Below are positions 29,731 through 41,279 of a DNA stretch of 64,000 nt, one piece after another. This stretch comes from an uncultured Chloroflexia bacterium (GTDB lineage Bacteria; Chloroflexota; Limnocylindria; Limnocylindrales; CSP1-4). The notes under the pieces were generated by a model. The model made no database searches, was not told the DNA's origin, and worked only from the letters and a program-made list of their open reading frames with translations. The position numbers and the translations under genes are program-made. The stretch spans positions 192,001 to 256,000 of the forward strand of contig CAVXPZ010000003.1 of the NCBI GenBank assembly GCA_963763775.1. Direction: 5' to 3'. Numbering within the stretch: position 1 is the stretch's first letter; each line of letters begins with the position of its first letter.

Positions 29731-31201
29731 CTAGCGGTCGCCCGTCGTCGGTTTGCGCGGCGCCCGCTCCAGCTGGCCAGCCCGGTCCGGCCACTCGTAG
29801 CCGGCCCACGGGTCGTAGTCGACCTCGAGCGGCTCCTGCGGCGGCCGTTCCGCCTCAGGAACGTGGATGAGGTTGACCCGCACCCGGTACCAGAGTGACG
29901 ACCGCCCGCGCATCCCGTCGACGAGGATGTCGGCCGGCTCGAGGGCCGCGGCAGCGGCCGGGTGCTTCGACCTTCCAGCGTTCGAGCCCCTCCATCGCCT
30001 CGGCCTTCTTCGCCGCCCGGGCGATCTCGATGACCGGGATCGAGCTCTTGCGGCGCCCCGTCGGCGTCGGCTTCGACCCGGCCCATTCGGTCGGGAGACC
30101 GGCGTTCGGGTCGCCGGCGGCCACGGCCGCGGCGCGCTCGGCCGCAACCTCCGGCGGCGGCCCGCCCGCCTCGCCACGGCCGGGCTCGTACTCGGTCGGC
30201 TTCCGGCGCGCCTTCGAGGGCTGGACACGCGGCGGCTCGCCGGCCTGCTTGGCATAGTTCGGTGGCCACGGTGCGTCGCCCTGACCCTCGGCCTCGTGCT
30301 GGCGCGACAGCTCGAGGAGGGCATCCAGCGACCCGACCGCCTCGTCGATCCCGGCGCCCGGGTCGCCGATCGCCGCATACCGGGCCGGCACGGTCGCCAG
30401 CGTGAACGCCTCCGCCTCGACGGTCGGCACCTCGTCCCAGGAGAGCGGCGTGGAGACGCGCGCGTCCGGCAGCGGCCGGACCGAGTAGGCCGATGCAACC
30501 GTGCGGTCCTTCGCGTTCTGGTTGTAGTCGAGGAAGACGCCGTGGCGCTCCTCCTTCCACCACTTGCTCGTGGCGGCATGCGGGACGCGCCGCTCGACGT
30601 CGCGGGCGAGCGCGAGCGCCGCCCGCCGGACCTCCGGGTACGTCCAGCGTCGCTCGATGCGGACGTTGATGTGGATCCCGCGCGAGCCCGAGGTCTTCGG
30701 CCACCCGACCAGCCCGACGGCATCGAGGGCCTCGCGGCACGCCAGCGCGACCTCGCGGATCTGCGGCCACTCGACGCCCGGGACCGGGTCGAGGTCCACC
30801 CGGAGCTCGTCGGGATGGTCCATGTCGTCGGCTCGCACCGGGTGCGGGTTGAGGTCGATGCAGCCGAGGTTGGCCACCCAGGCCAGACCGGCGACCTCGT
30901 CGAGGACGATCTCGTCGGCCGTGCGACCCGATGGGAACGTCAGCTCCGCGGTGCGGATCCAGTCCGGTCGGTTGTCCGGGGCCCGCTTCTGGAAGAACGC
31001 CTCACCGGCGGCGCCGTCCACGAAGCGCTTGAGCGCCATCGGCCGTCCCGCCACGCCCCGCAGCGCCCCGTCGCCGACCGCGAGGTAGTACTGGACGAGG
31101 TCGAGCTTCGTGTAGCCGGTCTCGGGGAAGTAGACCTTCGACGGGTTCGAGATCGACACCTCTCGGTCGCCGATCCTGAGGATCTCCTTCGGGGTCGCCA
31201 T
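29731..31201 (-). CDS. Prim-PolC / LigD-type primase-polymerase with C-terminal extension (frameshift near 29970)
   Basis: ISNPSKVYFP, TKLDLVQYY, FFQKRAP, ELRVDLDP, KTSGSRGIH, KWWKEERHGVFLDYNQN; tail DGMRGRSSLWYRVRVNL in the second frame. Confidence 0.9.
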
Positions 31202-31264
31202 GCGCCGAACGATACGACGACGGCGCGCCGGCGGGCGCGGGGAGTAGATTCGACTCGGGAGCCA

Positions 31265-31290
31265 TGTCGATTCGACGGCGGCCGTTCGTC
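31265..31290 (+). promoter_or_regulatory. ECF42-type promoter
   Basis: TGTCGA (31265-31270) - 16 nt - CGTC (31287-31290) upstream of the DGPF-ECF operon. Confidence 0.7.
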
Positions 31291-31340
31291 GTCCTCTTGA
31301 CGGCCCGACCGTGGCCGGCGACGCCCGAGGAGGACCCGCG

Positions 31341-31730
31341 ATGCGATACGCCCTGCTGATCTACACCGCCGAGCCGACCGGTCCGGTCCCGGAGGACCTG
31401 ATCGCGGCCGAGACCGCTGCCTATGCCGCGTTCAGCTCGCACCTCCGGGAGCGCGGCATCTGGCAGGCGGGCGACGCGCTGCTGCCGACCGATACCGCGA
31501 CGACAGTGCGGGTCGTGGACGGCCGGGTCGTGGCCACGGACGGACCGTTCGCCGAGACGAAGGAAGCGCTCGGCGGTTTCTACGTCGTGGATGCGACCGA
31601 CCTGGACGATGCCATCGCGCTCGCCGCGCGGATCCCGGGCGCCAGCCACGGCTGCATCGAGGTCCGGCCGATCTGGGAGATCGCGAACATGGGGGTCGCG
31701 GACACAACCGAGGCCGTCGCGGCGAACTGA
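31341..31730 (+). CDS. YciI/DGPF-domain protein
   Basis: MRYALLIY, ATTVRV, TDGPFAETKEALGGFY, IEVRP; GGAGGA RBS. Confidence 0.93.
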   Translation: MRYALLIYTAEPTGPVPEDLIAAETAAYAAFSSHLRERGIWQAGDALLPTDTATTVRVVDGRVVATDGPFAETKEALGGFYVVDATDLDDAIALAARIPGASHGCIEVRPIWEIANMGVADTTEAVAAN

Positions 31731-31751
31731 GCCGGTCCGCCGACCCGACGC

Positions 31752-33047
31752 TTGACTGACGCCGGCGCCACGCGCGACACCGTCGACCGGCTCTTCCGTG
31801 AGGAATCCGGGCGGGCGGTGGCGACCCTGATCCGCGTCCTCGGCGACTTCGACCTCGCCGAGGAGGTCGTCCAGGAGGCCTTCGTCACGGCCCTGGAGAC
31901 GTGGCCGACCCGGGGCATCCCGGACAACCCGGGGGCGTGGATCACGACCACCGCCCGGAATCGGGCGATCGACCGGCTCCGCCGGCAGCGTCGGTTCTCG
32001 GAGCGACAGGCGACCATCGCACAGAACGCCGCCTTCGATGCCGAACGCCAGGAGGCGTCCCTCCTGGCCGCGGCGGAGGACGAGATGGGACCCATCCCGG
32101 ACGACCAGCTTCGACTCATCTTCACGTGCTGCCATCCGGCGCTGCCGCTGGACGGCCGGGTGGCGCTGACCCTCCGGACCCTCGGCGGGCTGACGACGCC
32201 CGAGATCGCGCGGGCATTCCTGGTCCCGGAGCCGACCCTCGCGCAGCGGCTCGTCCGCGCCAAGCGGAAGATCCGCGATGCCGGGATCCCCTACCGAGTC
32301 CCGCCGGCCGAATTGCTCCCGGAGCGCCTCGATGGCGTGCTCAAGGTCCTGTACCTGATCTTCAACGAGGGGTATGCCGCGTCCTCGGGCGATGCGCTCA
32401 TCCGCCGCGAGCTCTGCGCGGAGGCCATCCGGCTGACCCGGATCGTCGTCGCGCTGCTCCCCGACGCGCCGGAGGCGACCGGGCTGCTCGCCCTGATGCT
32501 CCTCCACGACGCCCGGCGGGACGCCCGGGTCGGGGCGTCCGGCGAGGTCATCCTGCTCGAGGCACAGGACCGCTCGCGGTGGGATCAGGGACGCATCGTC
32601 GAGGGACAGGCCCTCGTCGACCTCGCGCTGCGGGCCGGCGCCCCTGGGCCGTACCAGATCCAGGCCGCGATCGCGGCCCTCCACGACGAAGCGGCCGAGC
32701 CGGCCGCGACCGACTGGGTCCAGATCGCGACGCTGTACCAGGCGCTGCTGCGGATGTCACCGTCGCCGGTCGTGGAACTCAACTTCGCCGCCGCCGTCGC
32801 CATGGCCGACGGCCCGGCCGTGGGCCTGGCGATGATGGACGCGCTGGCCGCCGACGGCGCCCTCGAGGACTACCCGTACTTCCACGCGGCCCGGGCCGAC
32901 CTGCTGCGGCGGCTCGGCCGCTGGTCCGAGGCGGCGACCGCGTATCGACGGGCGCTGGACATCACGACGAATGCGCCGGAACGGGCGTTCCTGGAGGGTC
33001 GCCTGGCCGAGGTCAGCGCGGAGGCGGGGCGGACGCCACCGCATTGA
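31752..33047 (+). CDS. ECF42-group RNA polymerase sigma factor with C-terminal TPR-like extension
   Basis: [70 protein letters not shown]. Confidence 0.93.
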   Translation: MTDAGATRDTVDRLFREESGRAVATLIRVLGDFDLAEEVVQEAFVTALETWPTRGIPDNPGAWITTTARNRAIDRLRRQRRFSERQATIAQNAAFDAERQEASLLAAAEDEMGPIPDDQLRLIFTCCHPALPLDGRVALTLRTLGGLTTPEIARAFLVPEPTLAQRLVRAKRKIRDAGIPYRVPPAELLPERLDGVLKVLYLIFNEGYAASSGDALIRRELCAEAIRLTRIVVALLPDAPEATGLLALMLLHDARRDARVGASGEVILLEAQDRSRWDQGRIVEGQALVDLALRAGAPGPYQIQAAIAALHDEAAEPAATDWVQIATLYQALLRMSPSPVVELNFAAAVAMADGPAVGLAMMDALAADGALEDYPYFHAARADLLRRLGRWSEAATAYRRALDITTNAPERAFLEGRLAEVSAEAGRTPPH

Positions 33048-33687
33048 TGCGCAGGACCCGCACCCCCTTGGACGCGGCGTCCTCGAGATCCTCGGTCGTG
33101 GGCACGACGTAGCGGGCCAGCTCGTCGAGCCCGGTCGCCGGGAGGTAGACGCGACCGAGGTCGCCGGTCAGGACGAGGGCGCCGCGCGCCGCGAGCGTCC
33201 GAAGCCAGGGATCGATGCGCGCGGCGACCTCCGCCTCGTACCACAGGTCGCCCACGAGGACGACGTCCCAGCCGTCGTCCGTGCCGGTGGGATCGGCCTC
33301 GAGCGCGTCGACGGTCACGCCGTTCGCGGCCGCGTTGACCCGGCAGGCCTCGACGGCGAAGACCTCGATGTCGATCGCCGATACGGAGCGGGCGCCGGCC
33401 ATCGCCGCGGCGATCGCGACGATCCCGCCGCCGGTCCCGATATCGGCCACGGACCGGCCGCGGACGACCTCAGGATGGTCCAGCACATACCGGGCCAGGG
33501 CCTGTCCGCCGGCCCACGGCCACGCCCAGTAGGGCGGTGGAACGGCGGGACGGATGTCGGCGAGGGCGGCCGCCTCCCAGAGCGGCATGGAATCGCCCCC
33601 GATCCGCAGGCGGATCTCGGGGACGATGGGCGAGGCGCCCTCGACCGTGTGATCGAGGATGAACGACCGGCGCTCGTCGGGGGTCAC
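33013..33687 (-). CDS. Protein-lysine methyltransferase-like enzyme (Methyltransf_16/PrmA-like)
   Basis: [41 protein letters not shown]. Confidence 0.85.
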   Translation of the reverse strand: MTPDERRSFILDHTVEGASPIVPEIRLRIGGDSMPLWEAAALADIRPAVPPPYWAWPWAGGQALARYVLDHPEVVRGRSVADIGTGGGIVAIAAAMAGARSVSAIDIEVFAVEACRVNAAANGVTVDALEADPTGTDDGWDVVLVGDLWYEAEVAARIDPWLRTLAARGALVLTGDLGRVYLPATGLDELARYVVPTTEDLEDAASKGVRVLRINAVASAPPPR

Positions 33688-33730
33688 GCGCCCAGTGTGG
33701 CGGACGCGCGACCCCGTCGGAGGCTGGCGA

Positions 33731-34795
33731 CTACGGCAGGCGGCCGAACCAGAGCGCCGACAGCCCGGCGGCCGCGACGACCATGATCAGCGCCGCGCCG
33801 GCGAAGAACACGGTGACTTCCTGGGTCTGCTCGGTGTAACCGACGCGGGACTGCAGGTTGTCGTAGACGGCCTGCAGGTCGGCGGCCGACGGGGCGTCGA
33901 ACGCGATCGCGTTCGTCGTCTCGGCGATCTTCGCCAGCGTGTCGGTGTCCGGCGGCACCTGGAGCGTCGTGGGCTGCCCGTTGTCGTCGGGGACGGTGAC
34001 TTCGCCGTTCGGCGTCCCGAGCGCGATCGTGTAGATCGGCACGTTCATGGACGCGGCGCGGTCGGCGGCCTGGAGCGGGTCGGCCGTGCCGGTCGTGCTG
34101 GCACCGTCCGAGAGCAGGATCGCCGCCACGAGCGGCTGACCCGACGGCTCGTCGATGGGGGCGCTGCCCGAAGGGGCACCGCTCGGGGCCGGGCTGGCGG
34201 GCGCGCCCGACGGGGTCGCCGCACTGCCGGTGGCGCCGGTCGCGGCATCGCCGGCCTGGATCGTCCCGGCGAGGTCGAGGACCTGCATCAGGGCGTCACC
34301 CATGGCCGTGCCGGCCTCGGGCTGGAGGCTCTCGATCGCGGCCTTGAGGGTTTCGCGGTCGGTGGTCGGCGGGACCAGCGTGTGGGCCTCGGTCGAGAAC
34401 GACACGATGCCGACCCGGACCTGTGGCGGGAGGGTGGCGAGGAAGGACTCGGCGGCCGCCTTCGCGGCGGCGAGCCGGGTCGGGGCGACATCCGTGGCCT
34501 TCATCGAGCCGGAGACGTCGATGGCGAGGATCACGGACGCGTCCTCGCGCGGGACCGCCATGACCATCGTCGGCCGGGCGAGGGCGAGGGCCAGCGCCGC
34601 GACCGCGCCGAGGTAGATCGCGGCCGGGAGGTGGCGGCGCCACGACGGTCGCTTCGGGGCGATGTTCGCGAGGAGGTCGAGGTTCGTGAATCGGACCGCA
34701 TAGCGCGACCGACGACGCTGGACCAGGAGGTAGAGCCCGGCCAGCACAGGGATCAGCAGCAGGCCGAGGAGAAGGATCGGGGTGAGGAAGGTCAT
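33731..34795 (-). CDS. vWA-domain membrane protein (BatA-like)
   Basis: N-terminal BatA-like TMs, MIDAS DVSGSM, GTAMGDA, LLSDG, C-terminal TM. Confidence 0.92.
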   Translation of the reverse strand: MTFLTPILLLGLLLIPVLAGLYLLVQRRRSRYAVRFTNLDLLANIAPKRPSWRRHLPAAIYLGAVAALALALARPTMVMAVPREDASVILAIDVSGSMKATDVAPTRLAAAKAAAESFLATLPPQVRVGIVSFSTEAHTLVPPTTDRETLKAAIESLQPEAGTAMGDALMQVLDLAGTIQAGDAATGATGSAATPSGAPASPAPSGAPSGSAPIDEPSGQPLVAAILLSDGASTTGTADPLQAADRAASMNVPIYTIALGTPNGEVTVPDDNGQPTTLQVPPDTDTLAKIAETTNAIAFDAPSAADLQAVYDNLQSRVGYTEQTQEVTVFFAGAALIMVVAAAGLSALWFGRLP

Positions 34796-35723
34796 GCGGT
34801 ACGTCCAGTCGGGTCGAGGCTGCGCGCGAGCGCGTCCAGCCAGCTGCCTTGGGTGGTCAATCGGATGTGGCGGATGCCCAGGCGTCGGAACTCGGCGGCC
34901 ACGGCGGCCCGCTCGGCCTGGGCGGCCTCGCCGAACGCCGAGCGCAGCCGGCGGTCGCCGGTGTCGACCTTGAGCGTCCGTCCGCTCTCCGGGTCGATGA
35001 GGGTGAGCTCACCGACGTCGACGAGGGCGTCCTCGCGCGGGTCGACGACTTCGATGGCGACCACCGCGTGTCGGCCGGCCACCGCGGTCAGCGGAGCGCG
35101 CCAGTCGATCGGGCCGCGGAAGTCGGACACGATCGCGACGAGTCCCGCCGTCGTCCGCGAGGTCGCGACCGCGTGGAGGGCTCGAGCCAGCGTCGCGCCG
35201 GCCTTGCCCTCTTCGGGCGGCTCGATGGCGAGCGCGCGGAGCAGGTTCAGCATCCCGTTGCGGCCGCCCGCGGGCGGCAGGATCCGCTCGCGCTCGCCGC
35301 CGAACGTGATGACGCCGAGACGGTCCGACCGTCGCGAGACGAACCGGCCGATGACGAGCGATGCGCCTTCGGCGACGTCCGCCTTGCGCCGGTCGGCCGT
35401 CCCGAAGTGCATCGAGGCGGAGGTGTCGAGCAGGAGCCACGCCGTCAGCTGGCGATCCGGCACGTCCTCGCGGACCTGCGGGACCAGGCTCCGGGCCGTG
35501 GCGTTCCAGTCGATGCGCCGGACGTCGTCGCCGGCCTCGTACGGGCGCAGCCGGTCGAGGTCCAGCCCGAGCCCGAGCCCGGACCCGCGGTGGTCGCCGA
35601 CCATGCGGCCGCCGACCCGCCGGCCGAGCGTGACCTCGAGCCGGCGGACGAGGTCGTCCGCGATCGGACCGGGACCGGGGCGCGCGGGGGTCCGCGGCGC
35701 GCCAACGATCCGGGACAGGTCGG

Positions 35724-35727
<4 letters not shown>
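34792..35727 (-). CDS. DUF58-domain protein
   Basis: RPYEAGDDVRRIDWNATAR, DTSASMHFG, IVSDF. Confidence 0.92.
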
Positions 35728-36761
<1,034 letters not shown>

Positions 36762-36841
36762 GGCGGCTCATCTCACGGTGACGGTGGGGTGGGTCGGATG
36801 GCGCGGTGTCCATCCCGGTCACCCCACTATCGCGGCCGTTC

Positions 36842-36880
36842 CTGAAGGCTCGGTGAGAGAGCAGGTTTGGAATCCTGAAA
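36842..36880 (-). promoter_or_regulatory. Putative MprA-like boxes upstream of the moxR operon
   Basis: On the gene strand TTTCAG (36875-36880), TCTCAC (36853-36858) and CTTCAG (36842-36847), in 11-bp register. Confidence 0.4.
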
Positions 36881-36923
36881 TCTTTCGGTGCCGCCCCGCG
36901 GCGGCGCGGACAGCCCCCGGACG

Positions 36924-38301
36924 TCAGGCGAGCAGGGCCTGCACGATCGCGTCCACGTGCGCCTTCTCGGGCACGACGATCATCGTGTTGACCATGCCGA
37001 ACATGCCGTCCGCGCCCTCGACGTGCGGGAGGATGTGGCAGTGGAAGGCCCACACGCCAAGGGTCTTGGCCTTCACGAGGACGTCGTACCGCTCACCGGG
37101 ATTGACGCCGAGGGTGTCGGTCGTGAACTCCGCCGACCCAAGCGGCCATCCATCGCGGGCGATGACGCGCATCGGCAGCCCGTGCAGGTGCCACGGGTGC
37201 ATCATGATCCCCTCGTTCATGAACCGGACGCGCACCGTCTCGCCCTGCGCGGCCAGGACCGGGACGGTCGCCGGGAACGCCGTGGCCGTTGATCGTGAAG
37301 CCGCCAAGCTCGTCGTTCGAGATCCAGATGTAGTCGCGGTCGTAGGCGACCGGCTCGGGCTTCGGATCGACGATGAACGCCCCCAGCAGGCCGCGGCCGA
37401 CCTGGTCGGTGGCGTTGTGGTGCGAGTGGTACATCATCGAGCCGGCGTTGCGCGCCACGAAGTCGTAGGCGTAGGTCTCGCCCGGGACGATCGGCTTCTG
37501 GGTCACGAACGGCACGCCGTCCTGGAAGAAGTCGTCGAACTCGACCCCGTGGAAATGGACCGACGTCGTCTCCTTGAGATTGTTCGTGAACACCGCGCGG
37601 ACCTTGTCGCCCTGGTTGACGCGGATGGTCGGACCGGGCCACTGGCCGTTGTACCCGAGCGCCGCGACCGGCGGCATGATCTCGTCGATCTTCTGCTCGA
37701 ACTCGTCGACGGTGAGCTTGAAGACCTTGACGTCGCCCTCCATCGTCGGCTTGAGCGGCGTGAGCGCGTCACTGAGGACGAGCTGCGGCACCTGGACGAA
37801 GGCCGGCTTCTGACTCAGGGCCGGATAGTCGTCCTCGACCCCGAGGATGTCGGCGAGCTTCGCCACGACCGGCGCGGGATACACGGCCGGCAGGGCCTTG
37901 ACGAGGTCGCCGAGGTAGCGGCGGACCTTGTCGCGGGCGGCGATGTCGTGCGCGGTCCAGCCCGGAGGCATGTTCGCGATCGGCGATGCGGACGGCGCGG
38001 CCGAGGCCGGTGCGACGCTCGGCTCCATCGAGTGGCCCGCGCTGGCGACGGCCGCCGCCGTGGCGCTGGCTGCCGGTGCGGCCGTCGCGCTCGCCGCCGC
38101 TGACGCGGCCGGCGCTGCGCCACTGGGCGCGGTGGTCGGGCCATAGGTCCACCCGGCCGTGGCGACGGGCGAGCAGGCCGCGATGCTGGCGGCGACGAGG
38201 CCGCCCCCAGCGATCGCCGCGCCGCGGAGGAAACCACGACGCGAGAGGGACGAGTCGACGAGGTCCGGTGTGGGCAGGGGGTCCTGCGTCTGCGTATCCA
38301 T
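36924..38301 (-). CDS. Tat-exported two-domain multicopper oxidase (frameshift near 37280)
   Basis: SRRGFL Tat signal + lipobox IAAC; TSVHFHG and MYHSHH in domain 1; HPWHLHG and FHCHILPH...GM in domain 2. Confidence 0.9.
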
Positions 38302-38338
38302 GGCGCGAATGGTGACGTCCCGGGCAACGCCGCGTGAG

Positions 38339-38374
38339 GTGACATTCGGCCCGTTCGTGCCGGGCCGAACGGCG
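38339..38374. promoter_or_regulatory. DevR/OsdR-like boxes or terminator hairpin between the SCO and oxidase genes
   Basis: GTGACATTCGGCCC (38339-38352) and GGGCCGAACGGCG (38362-38374); together they also form a 9-bp inverted repeat TTCGGCCCG/CGGGCCGAA. Confidence 0.4.
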
Positions 38375-40003
38375 TCAGCCGCCCTGCTGGATCAGGGACA
38401 CGATGACGTCCACGTCGTCGCTCCCCATGACGCCCTGGTACTTGGCGCGCACGGTCCCGCCGCCGTCGACCACGAAGGTCCACGGCATCGAGCGGGCGCC
38501 CCACGGGTCGCCGCCGATGCCCCACGCCGGCCGCCACATCCGTGAGCGCCGGGTCCACGATCGAGCCGTCGAGCACCGGCGTGTCCGTGATGACCGAGTA
38601 GCGGTAGGGCTCGAGGTGGATGAACCCGACCGTCGGCCACCGGTCGACGAGGTAGCGGGCCATGATGATGGCGCGACCGCAGGCCGGCGAGACGCGGAAC
38701 TTGGTCGAGTCGATCACGAGCACGAACGGCTGATGCTCGGCGAGCGCGTCGGTCGTGGAGCGTTGCGAGAGTCGCAGATCCGGCGCCGGATCCGTGGTGA
38801 TGGCCTTGGCCAGGCCGTTCACGTCGGCCAGCGTCGGGGTGTGCGCGGTCGGCGCCGGCGCCCCGATAGCCGCCGATGTGCCGGGGTCCAGCGCGGTGAC
38901 GTCCACGCTCCCGGTGGCAGTCACACTCGCCAGCGGCGCGGTGACCTGGAGGTGCCAGAGCCCTGGGGTCGGGATCGCCACGTCGGCGACGTACGAGACC
39001 TCGGCGACACCGGGCGGCTGGACCGGGGTCGCCTCGACGGGCGCCCCCACAGGATCACCGGCCAGGGACAGCGAGCTGCACGGTCGGTCGCAGCCCCGGG
39101 TCGTCGATGCGCGTCCCACCGACCGAGAGCGCGAGGATGACCGGGCTCGGTGGGCCGGACCACACCGAGGTCGAGACGGCCCGCACGTCGAGGGCGGCAG
39201 CGGACGGAGTCGGCGGTCGCGGTCGCCGCCGCTGTCGCCGCGGGCGTGACGGCCGGCGTCGCGACGGACGCGACCGCGATCGGGTTCGCGACCACCTCGT
39301 GCAGGACCGCCACCATGGCGTCGGCGCCGGTCCCGAACGGGAACGCCGCCCGCAGCGTCCCGGCCGCGTCCACCAGGAACACCGTCGCCGTGTGCGACAT
39401 GGCATACCCGTCGGCGGTGCCGGTCTCGACGCGGGCGTACCGGACACCCCACGCGTCAGCGGCGGTCCGGACGGTGGCATCGGTGCCCGTCAGCGCCACG
39501 AACCCCGCCGGCAGGTACTTCGCGTACTCGCGCAACCACGCGGGGGTGTCGCGGCCAGGGTCGATGCTCGCGAAGACCGCCCTGACGGGCATCCGGGCCG
39601 CCTCCATCGCCTCCCCGATCGTGCCGATCGTCGCCGGGCAGACGTCGGGACAGTGCGTGTAGCCGAAGAACACGAAGGTCGGCGAGCCCTGGAGCGAGGC
39701 CAGCGTGAAGGGCTGGGCGTCCTGGTCGACCAGCTCGAGCGGCGGCGCCTTCGTCACGCCGGGTGTCAGGAACGCGGAGACGTCGACCGAGTCGCCCGGC
39801 GCGGACGCGGAGGCGCCGGCGGCCGGCACGGCACCCGCGGCGCCGTCCCCGGGCGATGGCCCGCCGCGGAGCAGCGCCGAGAGCAGGAAGAGCGCCCCGA
39901 GGACCACGGCCAGGACCAGCACGAGCCAGAACCCGCCGTCGAGCACGCGGGTGCTGTCATCGCCGGTGGGCGCCGTCGCCGGTGCCGCCGATCGCGGCGC
40001 CAT
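38375..40003 (-). CDS. SCO1/SenC copper chaperone apparently fused to a C-terminal Ig-like + thioredoxin-like module (three frameshifts)
   Basis: TM, FFGYTHCPDVCP, AMSHT; continues across shifts near 39210, 39070 and 38530 to PFVLVIDSTKFRVSPACGR...FIHLEPY...SMPWTFVVDGGGTVRAKYQG, stop 38375. Confidence 0.72.
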
Positions 40004-40004
40004 G

Positions 40005-40459
40005 TCAGGGTTGCTTGACCTGGGCCTTGACGGTCACGGTCCCGGCGGTCTGGAAGACGAGCGCGAGGTCGATCGTGTCACCGGGGGCGAGGTCGGACGT
40101 GAGACCCATGATCATGAGATGCCCCGCGCCCGGTTCGAGGGTGACCGTCCCTCCCGCCGGGATCGCGAGCCCGTCCATCGATGCCATGCCGGTCATCCCC
40201 GAGGCGTCGGTCATGGTCTGATGGAGTTCGACCGACGCCGCCGACGGGCTGGACGCCGATAGGAGCGTGTCCGCCGAGCTGCCGGTGTTCGTGATCGTCA
40301 GGTAGGCCGCGCTTTCGCCGCCCGCGCTCGCCGGGCGCGCCCACGCATCGGCGGTCGACACGGAGGCGGTCGCACGGAGGGTCCGCCGCAGGCCGATGTC
40401 GCGACCGCGACGAACAGGATCGTCAGCATGAGCGTCAGATGGGCGGTGCGGCGGGTCAT
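40005..40459 (-). CDS. Copper chaperone PCu(A)C lipoprotein (frameshift near 40385)
   Basis: Lipobox TSAC; DAWARP, SAAYLTITN, VELHQT...GM...LEPGAGHLMIMG. Confidence 0.88.
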
Positions 40460-40541
40460 CGGTACCTCGAGCCTCGGTCGACAGGCCTCGAAGCATAGGT
40501 GGACATGTCGCGACCGTAGCCGCGGCCCCGCATCGCTCGAC

Positions 40542-40556
40542 AGGTCCGTTCGGCCC
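40542..40556. promoter_or_regulatory. DevR/OsdR-like palindrome upstream of PCu(A)C
   Basis: AGGTCCGTTCGGCCC, about 80 nt upstream of the PCu(A)C start. Confidence 0.4.
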
Positions 40557-40611
40557 ACCCGGGACGGGCCAACCCGCCATGTCTGGCGCCGAGGGCTGGG
40601 CCGCGAGTGAT

Positions 40612-41064
40612 CTAGGCGTCGGCCTTCCAGCTCGTGTAGCGCGGCGGCCACTCGTCGGCGTCGGCGCGCGACCCGAGGACAGCGGACGCCACGTCGAACT
40701 CGAAGAGGCCGAACGTCTCGTCGACCGTGAAGGCCCACGCGCTGGCCACCGATGTCCCGCGTCGCCGGGCTCGAGCCACCTCGTGGGCCCGACCGCGGAT
40801 CGAGAACTCGCTCGGGGCTGCGGGGTCCTGGTGCGTGTGCATCGCGTACCGGCCGTCCCGTTCGAGGTCGAGGCGCTTCGGGCCGGCCAGGATGAACGCG
40901 TACAGCCGCCCGTCGACGATGTCGACGGAGATCGGGTGGATGCGCGGCGGCTCGTCGGCGCGGACCGTCGCCAGGAGCACGTCCCCTGCGCCGGTCCGGT
41001 ACATGAGCCGACGCCCCTCGGCGGCGAGCTCGGGGGCGCCGGTCTCGAGATCCGTCCAGCTCAC
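40612..41064 (-). CDS. Pyridoxamine 5'-phosphate oxidase-like (split-barrel) protein
   Basis: MSWTDLETGAPELA...LLATVRADEPPRIHPI...KRLDLERDGRYAMH; start GTG 41064. Confidence 0.82.
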   Translation of the reverse strand: MSWTDLETGAPELAAEGRRLMYRTGAGDVLLATVRADEPPRIHPISVDIVDGRLYAFILAGPKRLDLERDGRYAMHTHQDPAAPSEFSIRGRAHEVARARRRGTSVASAWAFTVDETFGLFEFDVASAVLGSRADADEWPPRYTSWKADA

Positions 41065-41166
41065 TGGCGGAACCCGTCGCGCGAGTCCGTGCCGAAGGCG
41101 GTCAACAGCATGTCGAGGTTCACGATAGCCGCGATCACGATCGCGGCAAAGGGGCAAGCCTTCCAT
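41061..41166 (-). CDS. Small single-TM peptide with GxDSRD motif (probable 1-nt error near 41152)
   Basis: MEGLP/FAAIVIAAIVNLDMLLTAFGTDSRDGFRQ*; its stop overlaps the GTG of the next gene (GTGA). Confidence 0.5.
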
Positions 41167-41279
41167 GTGCGTGACGGCGAGCCTGCACTGGCGTCTTGCG
41201 GCGCGTCCTCGGATGCCGCAACCTAATGCGGCTGCCGCACGCCCCCCGGCCCTCGCCGCACGATCCATCAGGAGGTCCG

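Noticed and set aside
36924-38301. Copper nitrite reductase (nirK)
   Set aside because: The T1 Cys is in domain 2 and a full set of HxH motifs is present, which fits a two-domain oxidase; NirK has its T1 Cys in domain 1.
41140-41279. Possible riboswitch upstream of the binding-protein operon (GGCAAA; TTGCGGC/GCCGCAA hairpins)
   Set aside because: The c-di-GMP GEMM elements and other aptamer cores I know are not matched, and part of the region is better explained by the minus-strand microprotein. An Rfam scan would settle it.
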